From positions 183,105,890-183,139,612 of the forward strand of contig NC_068981.1 of the NCBI RefSeq assembly GCF_001194135.2: 33,723 nt of DNA, written 5' to 3'. The DNA comes from Octopus bimaculoides (lineage: Eukaryota). The position numbers were made by a program, and so were the translations under genes. The notes under the pieces were generated by a model that was not told the DNA's origin, ran no database searches, and was given only the letters and a program-made list of their open reading frames with translations. Position 1 is the stretch's first letter. Each line of letters opens with the position of its first letter. Of this stretch, positions 1 through 9,860 are shown in pieces.

Positions 1-41
<41 letters not shown>

Positions 42-235
42 ATATATATATATATATATACACGCACACACAGACACACACACACATATATACATACATG
101 CAAGCATACATGCACATACATACATGCATGCACACACACATACATACACATACATATATACATACATACATACATACATACATACACACACATACCTACC
201 TACCTACATAATACATACATGCTTACGTACGTACA
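1..235. repeat. Compound microsatellite (TA)n/(CA)n/(TACA)n
   Basis: Directly visible simple repeats; they explain the ORFs at 34-290. Confidence 0.97.
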
Positions 236-649
236 ACAGAACAGGCTGATACTCATTCTCCAGATACAATCGATCTCATCTCAAGAATAGGAAAACTTTG
301 CAAACTATTTCAGGGTTTCTCCATTTGAGGTACCTACGTGAGCATATGCACGCCATCACATATACATATAGAATACATCTACATATGAGCAAGGCAAAAC
401 ATAGACAGATAGCTATGATTGGTAATAATTTATCTGGAGACTGGTTGATTCTATAATGCATATTATCCAAACAGGCGTATATAATGAAGCAATAACTAAC
501 ACAGAGAATAAGTAAAAATATCTTCAACTCGTATAAAGCACCATGATATATTAATATCTTCAAGCTGGAAATATCGAATATTTACGTCGGAATGATGAGT
601 GGCAAACGTACATAAATATCTAGGATTGCGTGAATGATTGCATATATAT

Positions 650-950
650 GGAGTGGCTGAGCGGTAAGGAGCTTGCTTACCAGTCACATGGTTCCGGTTT
701 CAGTCCCACTGCGTAGCACCTTGGGCAAGTGTCTTCTACTATAGCCTCGGGCCGACCAAAGCCTTGTGAGTGGATTTGGTAGACGATAACTGAAAGAAAC
801 CCGTCGTATATATATGTGTGTGCGTGTGTGTGTGTTTGACCTCCCAAAATCTCTTGACAACTGGTGTGTTTACGTCCCCGTAACTTAGCAGTTCAGCATC
901 AGTGATCGATAGAATAAGTACAAGGCTTACAAAGAATAAGTCCGGGTGGG
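650..950 (+). mobile_element. SINE family B (tRNA head + CORE-like segment + internal microsatellite + second module), truncated by gap
   Basis: A-box-like TGGCTGAGCGG, B-box-like GGTTTCAGTCCC and CACCTTGGGCAAGTG; closely matches the copy at 26087-26480. Confidence 0.9.
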
Positions 951-1300
951 NNNNNNNNNNNNNNNNNNNNNNNNNNNNNNNNNNNNNNNNNNNNNNNNNN
1001 NNNNNNNNNNNNNNNNNNNNNNNNNNNNNNNNNNNNNNNNNNNNNNNNNNNNNNNNNNNNNNNNNNNNNNNNNNNNNNNNNNNNNNNNNNNNNNNNNNNN
1101 NNNNNNNNNNNNNNNNNNNNNNNNNNNNNNNNNNNNNNNNNNNNNNNNNNNNNNNNNNNNNNNNNNNNNNNNNNNNNNNNNNNNNNNNNNNNNNNNNNNN
1201 NNNNNNNNNNNNNNNNNNNNNNNNNNNNNNNNNNNNNNNNNNNNNNNNNNNNNNNNNNNNNNNNNNNNNNNNNNNNNNNNNNNNNNNNNNNNNNNNNNNN
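951..1300. other. Assembly gap (N run)
   Basis: 350 N. Confidence 1.
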
Positions 1301-1393
1301 GGGTTGATAAATTAAGTACCAGTTGCGTAGTGAGGTCGATCTAATCGACTGGCCCCTCCTCCAAAATTTCGGGCCTTGTGCTTAGAGTAGAAA
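1301..1393 (+). mobile_element. SINE family A, 3' part (GGCCTTGTGC-TAGAGTAG tail)
   Basis: GATAAATTAAGTACCAG...GGTCGATCTAATCGACT...GGCCTTGTG, shared with other A copies. Confidence 0.85.
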
Positions 1394-1406
1394 AAATTAT
1401 TAAAAA

Positions 1407-1621
1407 GGCGGCGAGTTGGCAGAGTCGTTAGCGCGCTCGGCAAAATGCTTGGCGGCATTTCGTCCGTCTTAAAGACGTTCTGAGTTCAAATTCCGCCGAA
1501 GTCGGCTTTGCCTTTCATCCTTTCGGGGTCGATAAACTAAATACCAGCTGAACACTGGGGTCGATGTAATCGACTCATCCCCTCCCCCAAAATTGCTGCC
1601 CTTGTGGCGAAATTTGAAACC
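1407..1621 (+). mobile_element. SINE family A, full length (AATTTGAAACC tail)
   Basis: Head GGCGGCGAGTTGGCAGAGTCGTTAG, B-box GAGTTCAAATTCC, central GCCTTTCATCCTTTCGGGGTCGATAAA. Confidence 0.92.
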
Positions 1622-1641
1622 TTTATTGTTATTTTTAAGGC

Positions 1642-1790
1642 TGCTTAGCGGCATTTTGTCTGTCTTTATGTTCAGAGTTCAAATTCCGACGAGGTCGACT
1701 TTGCTTTTCATACTTTCAGGGTCGATAAAATAAGTACCAGTTGACTTACCCTCTCTTCCAAGTTGCTGGCCTTGCGCCAAAATTTGAAAG
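1642..1790 (+). mobile_element. SINE family A, 5'-truncated copy
   Basis: Same central domain and tail as 1407-1621, with an internal deletion. Confidence 0.85.
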
Positions 1791-1809
1791 CAGATTTTCA
1801 GTTGACTGG

Positions 1810-1895
1810 TGGGAAATGAAGTGTGTTACACAAGGGCACAAGGTACCTTCCAGTTTGGAGAATGGTACCCACAATCTAACGATCATCATCCCAAC
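1810..1895 (-). mobile_element. Decayed fragment resembling SINE family D
   Basis: AAATGAAGTGTGTTACACAAGGGCACAA...CCACAATCTAACGATCAT resembles 30851-30925. Confidence 0.5.
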
Positions 1896-1965
1896 ACCCA
1901 AGCCCCTACACCACATACCTTCCATAGTTATATGTGAGTGTGTTTACGAAAGTAAATCTATTGTA

Positions 1966-1982
1966 CATTCACACACACACAC

Positions 1983-2014
<32 letters not shown>

Positions 2015-2050
2015 GTATGTGTTTCTGTGTGTGAGTGTATGTATGTGTAT
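1966..2050. repeat. (CA)/(TA)/(TG) microsatellite
   Basis: Visible simple repeat. Confidence 0.95.
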
Positions 2051-2230
2051 CTGTATGATAAAGAAATACTGTAAGTTAAAAAAAAAAAACTACAAAGACT
2101 TAGTTAAAATGATTTCCAAACCGATAATTGATTTCTCTGAGGAAAAAGAAAAAAATATTTGAAGTGCTAAGTAAAAAAATTTTCAGAAAATATCTTACTA
2201 AAATGAAATTATTATTAAAAAGCATAAAAG

Positions 2231-2244
2231 TGATGATGATGATA

Positions 2245-2316
<72 letters not shown>

Positions 2317-2339
2317 ATGATGATGATGATGATGATGAT
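2231..2339. repeat. (GAT)n/(GGT)n microsatellite
   Basis: Visible trinucleotide repeat; source of the poly-M and poly-I ORFs. Confidence 0.97.
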
Positions 2340-2639
2340 AGAGAACAAGAGAAAAGAAAATATGAAGAACGGAACTGTAAAATGTTTTAAAATTTTGTTT
2401 TGCACCAGAGTATAAAGTTTCTTTGAATATGTATATAACTTGATTGATCTAATATTTTCTATAACTTCTAGATGTTCGATCTGTGACTGAGTACAACATC
2501 TTTTATTTTAACATATCGACTAAAACATAGCTCGCTTTACGGTCGGATTCTCAGAGAGGATATGTAGGTTCGAAAAATCGGTTCTGGTTTAAGCACCAGG
2601 CTTGCGATCTTCAGAGATTGGTCTATGCTGTTGAGACCA

Positions 2640-2765
2640 AGTCTTGATTGGTACCTTATTTTATCGGCCCCAGAAGAATGAAAGGCAAAGTTGTCCTTTG
2701 CGTGATTTGAACTTAGGATTTAAAGTGCCAGAAGAGATAACACAAAGCATGTTTTGCGACGCTGC
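2640..2765 (-). mobile_element. Decayed SINE A copy
   Basis: GGTACCTTATTTTATCGGCCCCAGAAGAATGAAAGGCAAAG...ATTTGAACT is the reverse complement of the A central domain. Confidence 0.7.
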
Positions 2766-2907
2766 CTATAAATGGTTTCTAATTTAGGTACAGAGCCAGC
2801 AATTTTGAGGGGTGGGAGTCAGTTGAAAGGATTAAAGCCAAAGATGACCTCAGCAGGTGTGAACATAGAATGTAATGAACCAGATGTAATACCTCAAGGT
2901 ATTACAT

Positions 2908-3129
2908 CTGGCAGAAACGTTAGCACACCGGGCGAAATGCTTAGCGGTATTTCGTCTGCCGCTACGTTCTGAGTTCAAATTCCGCCGAGGTCGACTTTGC
3001 CTTTCATCCTTTCGGGGTCGATTAAATAAGTATCAGTTACGCACTGGGGTTGATGTAATCGACTTAATCCCTTTGTCTGTCCTTGTTTGTCCCCTCTATG
3101 TTTAGCCCCTTGTGAGAAATAAAGAAATA
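2908..3129 (+). mobile_element. SINE A, young subfamily A2 (TTAATCCCTTTGTCTGTCC...AATAAAGAAATA tail), 16-bp TSD
   Basis: TSD AGATGTAATACCTCAA at 2882-2897 and 3130-3145; near-identical to 7452-7672. Confidence 0.95.
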
Positions 3130-3204
3130 AGATGTAATACCTCAAAACATTTTTTGCGATGCTATAACTGTTGTCAACTCACCACTTTTCTATATTGTTA
3201 TAAC

Positions 3205-3370
3205 TGTTTCTTGCTTAGGCACAAGATCACTAGTAATGTGTCGAGTCAATACCATTGACTGGATACACTTCATGTTCTTGAACCTGGAGTGATGAAATTC
3301 AAAATTAACCGCGACGGGATTTGAATTCAAGATGTACTGAAATGGGGAGAGAATCGCAAAGTATTTTATT
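3205..3370 (-). mobile_element. Highly decayed SINE A copy
   Basis: TAGGCACAAG tail and GGATTTGAATTCAAGATGTA B-box region in reverse orientation. Confidence 0.5.
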
Positions 3371-3451
3371 CTGATTTCCTTTCCCATATAACTCAAAATA
3401 CAGTCACTCATCAGGTCTCAGGAAAGAATAAGAGTTCTTATTCTCTCCAGA

Positions 3452-3529
3452 GACCTGATGGGTGGTTGTATTTATTGTGAATTGTACTGTTTTTTTCTGC
3501 TATAATGTGGCCACGAAACGCGCGTAGTC
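3452..3529 (+). ncRNA. Minimal type I hammerhead-ribozyme-like motif (Penelope pseudo-LTR type), A9>G variant
   Basis: Stem I GAC/GTC, core CTGATGG, stem II GTGG...CCAC, GAAA, stem III C-GCGC-G, then TA cleavage dinucleotide. The inverted partial copy at 3396-3419 retains canonical CTGATGA. Confidence 0.6.
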
Positions 3530-3827
3530 AACACTTTACCTTCTATTTTATCAATTTACTAAGTTGGATTAAATTTTTAGTATAGAATTTTATAGATTTT
3601 TATGGATTTTATACTTTTCTTTTAGATTTTATAGATTTGTAAATTAGTATTTTGTAGAGTACGCTTTTCTTGGTGGTGATTGGTCCCCTTCATTGTTTGA
3701 ATTGTATATTGGTGGTTCTTCTCTAAATTATATTTATATACATATATTATTTATTATAAAATTCAATTTGGTATTACTAAATTGAATATTCCTGTATGCT
3801 TGGAATTTTACATTCCCTAATATTATA

Positions 3828-3832
<5 letters not shown>

Positions 3833-3882
<50 letters not shown>
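3833..3882. repeat. (TG)n microsatellite, internal to or adjoining a SINE B
   Basis: Visible repeat directly abutting the B 5' module. Confidence 0.95.
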
Positions 3883-3883
<1 letters not shown>

Positions 3884-3886
<3 letters not shown>

Positions 3887-4030
3887 ACGGACTTCCACAC
3901 AGTTTCCGTCTACCAAACTCACAAGATTTTGGTCGATTCGGGAATAAAGTTGAAAATACTTTCTCAAGGTGCCGTGAAGTGTAGCTGAACCCAGAACCAT
4001 GTAGCTGCAAACTTCTTAATCAGACAACCT
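3884..4030 (-). mobile_element. SINE B, 5' module, decayed
   Basis: AGTTTCCGTCTACCAAA...CAAGGTGCC...GAACCCAGAACCATGT is the reverse complement of the B head. Confidence 0.8.
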
Positions 4031-4258
4031 TATCCGTTTATTTTTGAGACGGTTGTGCATATTCTGACAGGCTTCTGTTTCTACACTGACTACGTACAGG
4101 CTTCCTCTATTAACTTGCAATGCCACAAGCTAGGATCCATGTAATATGTCGTTCACGACTTTTCGTATATGTATTTTAATGATATTTTTGCACAAAATAC
4201 AGCCACCCACGCCAGAAATATTCATACACGCAAACACACCGATAGAGATACACAATAT

Positions 4259-4425
4259 CTCTCTCTAATTCGCTTTCTCTCTCTCTCTCTCTCTCACACA
4301 CATACGCACACGCATACACACACATGCATACACGTTCGCGCGTACGCACACAAGCATGTATATGCGCATACACCATAAACACAAGCTCATAGAGAGAAGT
4401 ACGTTCACACGTGCATACACGCCGT
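4259..4425. repeat. (CT)n/(CA)n decayed microsatellite
   Basis: Visible simple repeat. Confidence 0.85.
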
Positions 4426-5735
4426 TTACGTGACAGGTAGAAAAACTACATTACTGAATTATGTCAGTAAACAGAAATATTACTTCATTTCATTGGTTAA
4501 ATAAACTTGATTATAATATCACTGATATCTCTATTAACTATTTGATAAATAGAATCTACTGATCGAACGAACTGATAAATGCAATTTACAAACAATTTTC
4601 GTTTAAAACAAAGTTTTTCATTTGAAATTTGACATTTTAAATCGTTTTTTTTTTTTCTTCTTTCATGTAAATTTAAAATGGAAACTACAAACCGGTTTCC
4701 CCTTCCTTTTCCTGCAAGTCGCCATATAAACTTTTAGCTCTGTTTTTCTGAATCATCGTGTTTATCGCCACATAACACCGATTCTGATCCTCGATCCATC
4801 CAATCAAGAGTTGTTCTATCTTACGTTAGAATGCATGAACATCTTTTAATGAATAGTGCGGTGTAATAAGTCATATTTAAATGTTTGCTTGGTGTTGTCT
4901 AGTTATTATACGCAGCTTTCAGAAAACTAACTCATTCCATGAGCATTGACACTCTCAACTCCCAAGCAACAATTGGTAACCGACGAAGTTTCCTTATGGC
5001 CACAACCACATTTGTTAATCATTCCTACCACTTTTCATACTTCGAATGACTTTTCTCAATGATTTCTCCATGTTTAGGAGAAGATAGGGTTACTCTTCAC
5101 TCTTGTTACATTTTAATCGTTAAGCGCCCTAAATACGTTCATGCATGCACATTGGATTTTAATAGCCTACAAAATAATATTCATTGTACAATATAATTTT
5201 TATTGATGAAAATAGACCAGCATTTCTTAAAATTTCACTTTAATTCAACTTTCTATCGAGGACGCTTCGAAGCCCAAAATAGTGGATGGTAGTCGGAAAT
5301 GCTTGAACATCGAAAACCTCTCGCACTCCAAATGACTCTAACTGGAAAATCGGCGATAAAAAACCTCTGCATTTTAATTTTTCAACGGAAAAAACTTTTG
5401 TGCACAGTATGTAACAGTAATTGAGACGACTGAGCATCAATATTCATTCAATATTTGTCGAAGGTTCGTTGTTCGAAGGTGTATTTGATCTTCACTATAT
5501 GCGCGGCATTCAGTCATTGTGTAAGATGGCTGTCGAGCGTGAATAGTTATTACGACGGTGCGTACGAGGTCGTCTGCTTTTGTGGTGGTTCAGGGTGACC
5601 GATTTTTGTTCGAATAGTTCTACACAAATCATGTATGCATTTCCAATTCTACACATATACCCTGTTTATACAAGTCACACATAAACTAAACAAACACCGA
5701 TCACACAGTATTTAAATTACTTAAATTAAATTAAT

Positions 5736-6083
5736 AACAAGAGCACTCAGAGAGCGCAAACCTCCGCCAAGACAACATCAACGTCCTCTCAACGATTAGC
5801 CGGAGATGATTTTTAAAATAAGAATATCTGAAATAAACTCGACTGCTCTCACAAACGAGAATACTAAAATTGAACCCGACTGCTATCAAAAATTAAGTGA
5901 AAAAAAAAACGGAAAAATAATCCAGAATCCTTGTCCGATATTGGATAGATCCCAAAATCTAATCAGTTCGTGTCAGTCACGAGGAGAAACATCCCTGAAC
6001 GGTTCTTGAAATATCTTGTCCACGGACAAACAAACAAACACGACTGAAAACAATACCTCCGCTTTTGCTAAGGTGGAGGTAAT
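5736..6083 (+). mobile_element. Non-autonomous Helentron-type element (DINE-1/Pearl/HINE architecture)
   Basis: 5' AACAAGAG start and subterminal ACCTCCGCC (5760-5768); (ACAA)n microsatellite near the 3' end; 3' stem-loop TACCTCCGCTT-TTGCT-AAGGTGGAGGTA (6054-6081) whose right arm is also complementary to the 5' motif. Confidence 0.75.
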
Positions 6084-6626
6084 AATAATATTGATGTTGA
6101 CAATGATGATGAAGATTACTCTCCGTTGCTGCCCTCGATCTTTTGCAAAAAGCCACAATGGTTAGCTTAAATCCCGAGGCGAGAGCTGCAAGCACGGGGG
6201 TTGGAGTGAGAGTAAGAAACAGTTTAAAAAAGAACTGACATGACGCTTATGAATGTCAGAGCTTATACATCGCTTTTGTATTCTATAAATTTTGAGACCG
6301 TTTTAATTTTCATTCCTTTTCCTTCCTTCCCGCTTTTCCTCTCATTTTTTTAAAACCTTTAATTTTCTCTTCCTTTTTATATCTTTCTGTTTACATATTC
6401 CTTTATTTTTTTCTGCTGTTTAATTTTGGTGCACCTCAAATTCTTCAGTTCTATTTTTCCTCTTCGATGTTTTAATGCCCCCCCCCACACACTTTTCTAT
6501 TATCACACTTCTGCTACACGATGGCCTGACTAGACTTTGCAATAGCCGCCTGTTGAAGGGGAGGAAAAACAAAGTAAAATTAATTGAAATGTTTTCAGCC
6601 ATGCAACGAGTAACCAGGAGACCAGC

Positions 6627-7040
6627 ATGGTAAAACGTTTCGTCACACCCTACCAGCCTCCGTCCTCTCGCTCCCCACCTCCTCCATTACATTCTAGGGA
6701 GGATAACTCGTATCCCCCTATCTCTCCCCAACCCCTTTCACCGCCAGATTCGGCTGGTATTAGTCTCGCTCATCACTTTATTCACCCCACAACACCCGTA
6801 ATAGCCAACCTACCACCATTGCCTCCCGCACCCCACCCCAGCCGAAACCCACCGCTCTTCATCCAGCTCCCCTCTCTATGTCCATCGCTAACCTTCCCCC
6901 ACTTCCCCTTATTCACCCCACCACTCCTGTTACAACTAGCCTGTCTGCGTCGGCTCCTGCACCCCACTCGAATCCCACTACCAGCTACTCCCTCTAATCC
7001 AGCACTCTTTCTATCTCCAGCACCATTCTTTCCCATCTGA
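6627..7040. repeat. C-rich, strand-asymmetric low-complexity tract
   Basis: Runs of C on the + strand; the proline-rich ORF is compositional. Confidence 0.6.
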
Positions 7041-7099
7041 ATTCTTATTCTAATGTTGCTGACCCCACTGATACAGTCAGTTCACCTCCAGGTTGTGTT

Positions 7100-8125
7100 C
7101 TCTGCAAGTCGTTACTTGAAGACCATCAAATGCCACTTGTGTAGTCTAAGTAACCACAGGACCTGCGTCGGCATTACTAAGGCTCAAGACGAAAGTTTTT
7201 TCTAACTGGACATGCAACCGATAACACTTCTGCTCTGACATCCTTAGTAGGACAGAACCTTGCTCTGAAGTCTTTATCTTTTCCCTGTTTTCTTTCCTCC
7301 ATCCACGCTTGCTCCCCTTTGGTTGGCAACATCCTCTCCTCTCCAACATCGACTAATTCCAGCAGGGAGATGGATGAAGCTCTTGGGTTTGTCAGTTCCG
7401 GTTACAGTGGAGGCAAGGCGAAAACAGAGAGTATGGGACAATCTGCGGTATCTGGCAGAAACGTTAGCACGCCGGGCGAAATGCTTAGCGGTATTTCGTC
7501 TGCCGCTACGTTCTGAGTTCAAATTCCGCCGAGGTCGACTTTGCCTTTCATCCTTTCGGGGTCGATAAATTAAGTACCAGTAACGCACTGGGGTCAATAT
7601 AGTCGACTTAATCCATTTGTCTGTCCTGTTTATCCCCTCTGTGTGTAGCCCCTTGTGGGCAGTAAAGAAATAGGAAACAGGGAGTATGGGACAATCTGCG
7701 TTTAGGTGTCACTTTCATCTCTCTCCTTGATCAATCTGATCAATTTTCAAGGTGTCGCCTACTTTCAGCTAGTGCAAAATTCTCAGGGTACTGGATTGAT
7801 GCCTTCCCTGTGGCCAACGTTGGTGGTCTACTCAGTCTAGATGAACTCCGCATCTCCATCGGACTCAGAATGGGATCTGGTGTCTGTAGGGGACTTAGAT
7901 GCCGCTGTGGTAGGCCCCCTCGACTCTTCATGGTCTGTCTTGCCGCCTAAATGCTGCTCTCTTCGCTCGTCACACCGAGAAAAACCTAATCATTAAGTGG
8001 GCCCTGGCTCAGATTAATATCTCGGATAAAGTTCCGGGGTTATCCAGAAGTGATGGAAAGAGACCACGTAGTTTTACCCTCTCTCACCCTGGGTTAGACA
8101 TAGGTGCCTCATTTGGGACGCCACA
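7100..8125 (+). pseudogene. Decayed RLE-type non-LTR retrotransposon ORF, CRE-clade-like (post-RT region, CCHC knuckle, restriction-like endonuclease), interrupted by a SINE
   Basis: Manual translation across frameshifts: LSFPCFLSSIHACSPLVGNIL; RKQRVWDNLR|LGVTFISLLDQSDQFSRCRLLSASAKFSGYWIDAFPVANVGGLLSLDELRISIGLRMGSGVCRGLRCRCG; LHGLSCRLNAALFARHTEKNLIIKWALAQ...GLSRSDGKRPRSFTL; PWVRHRCLIWDATV. These match CRE-type motifs (C-x-C..H..C, RH..N, DGKRPD..TL.PW....L.WD.T). Confidence 0.85.
7452..7672 (+). mobile_element. SINE A2 inserted in the CRE-like ORF, 26-bp TSD
   Basis: TSD AAACAG(A/G)GAGTATGGGACAATCTGCG at 7422-7447 and 7675-7700. Confidence 0.95.
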
Positions 8126-8293
8126 GTAGTAGTAGTAGTTGTTGTTGTTGTTGTAATGGTGGTACTGGTAGTGGTAGCAATAATGATGGTGGTGGTAGTA
8201 CTAGTGGTAGTGGTCACGGTAGTAGTAGTAGCAGCAGCAGCAGTAGTAATAGTAGTAATGGTGGTAATAGTAATAGTAATGACAGTGGTGGTT

Positions 8294-8335
<42 letters not shown>

Positions 8336-8447
8336 ATGGTATTAGTAGTAGGGGTCGTGGTGGTAGTAGTAGTAGTAGTAGGAGGAGGAGGATGAGGAGG
8401 GCAGGAGGAGGAGGAGGAGGAGGAGGAGGAGGGGAAGTGGAAGAGTA
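8124..8447. repeat. Compound (GTA)/(GTT)/(GCA)/(GGA) microsatellite
   Basis: Visible trinucleotide arrays. Confidence 0.95.
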
Positions 8448-8674
8448 GCTCCGTAAACGAGCACATCTGTGGGCACCAGAGGTCGAAGTGAGTTGGCGTG
8501 CGACTTCGGAGTCGATCTGCCGAATGGCGTGTCCTTTCTTTTTCGGTGTGAGAAGAAAAAGAAAAAAAAAAAAAAGGGGCCAGTAGTCCCAGTTCCCTGT
8601 ATCTGAGGTAGCAATCACCACCATCATCATCATCATCACCATCATCATCATCGCCGTCCCAGATGGGAGGCAGT

Positions 8675-8709
<35 letters not shown>

Positions 8710-8899
8710 GAACATAACATAAGGGTTAGTAACGTTTTTCTCATCAGATTAAGATGTGTTTTTCATTTAAATGTCAGATGCTTATTAGCTTCTTAGTTCT
8801 ACTGTCAAAGAAAGATGCCAGATAAAAGAAAAGAATTCTTACATTGGCAAAGTTAAACGATCAAGTAGAAAGATAAAAGGGAGAAATATGGAGGAGAGG

Positions 8900-9138
8900 A
8901 AGGCGGTGGTGGTGGTGGTGGACGGAGGTGGGTAGAGGTGGGCGGAGATATACACTGCTCTTCATTTAAGCACATCCGCACAAACATATGCAAAAACAGA
9001 CACGCATGCGCACACATACAGATGCATATATGTATACATATATATAAAAGTATGTGTGTGTATATATATACATAAATATATACACACAGAAACATATGCA
9101 CAAACACACACATACATATATGTATACATATGTATAGA

Positions 9139-9172
<34 letters not shown>

Positions 9173-9248
9173 CACACAAACATGCAAACACAGGCACGCG
9201 TGCGCACACATACAGATATAACTGCATACATACACACATACACATAGG

Positions 9249-9281
<33 letters not shown>

Positions 9282-9341
9282 ATGTGTGTGTGTGTGTGTG
9301 TGTGTGTATGTATATATATACACAAACACACACATAAAAAT

Positions 9342-9408
<67 letters not shown>

Positions 9409-9708
9409 TAGAGGCTTGAATATACATATACAGTGATGCGCACGCATGTGGTACATACACCCTACTTAGCTCTATGTGTGGGTGCATATGCTTCTTTTAT
9501 AAACATATATGCGTGTGTAATTCTGTGTGTATGTGTGTGTGTGTGTGTATATATGTGTGTGTGTGAATGTGTATACTTACATATATATATATACACACAC
9601 ATACATACACACACACACATACATACACACACACATATATATATACACTTCCTGCGTGTTTTTATATCGGTTTTCCTCTTGCAGATATTTTACGTTCATC
9701 ATCACATT

Positions 9709-9766
<58 letters not shown>

Positions 9767-9860
9767 TCTTCTTCTTCTTCTTCTTCTTCTTCTTCTTCTT
9801 CTTCTTCTTCTTCTTCTTCTCTCTCTTTCTCTCTCTCTCTCTCTCACACTCTCTTTCTCT
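8900..9860. repeat. Large compound microsatellite field (GGT, CA/TA, GA, TG, CT, CTT)
   Basis: Visible; explains all ORFs at 8853-9902. Confidence 0.95.

Noticed and set aside
5523-5530. AAGATGGC YY1-like motif in a mildly CpG-rich patch
   Set aside because: The frame after ATG stops in six codons, and there is no independent evidence of a transcription start.
6599-6629. 31-nt AG...GT micro-exon candidate
   Set aside because: It has no compatible phase with the 12320 candidate (joining gives TGA) and no recognisable peptide.
6627-7040. 137-aa proline-rich ORF and a G-quadruplex-like run on the minus strand (6825-6850)
   Set aside because: Both follow from C-rich composition; no domain or splice evidence.
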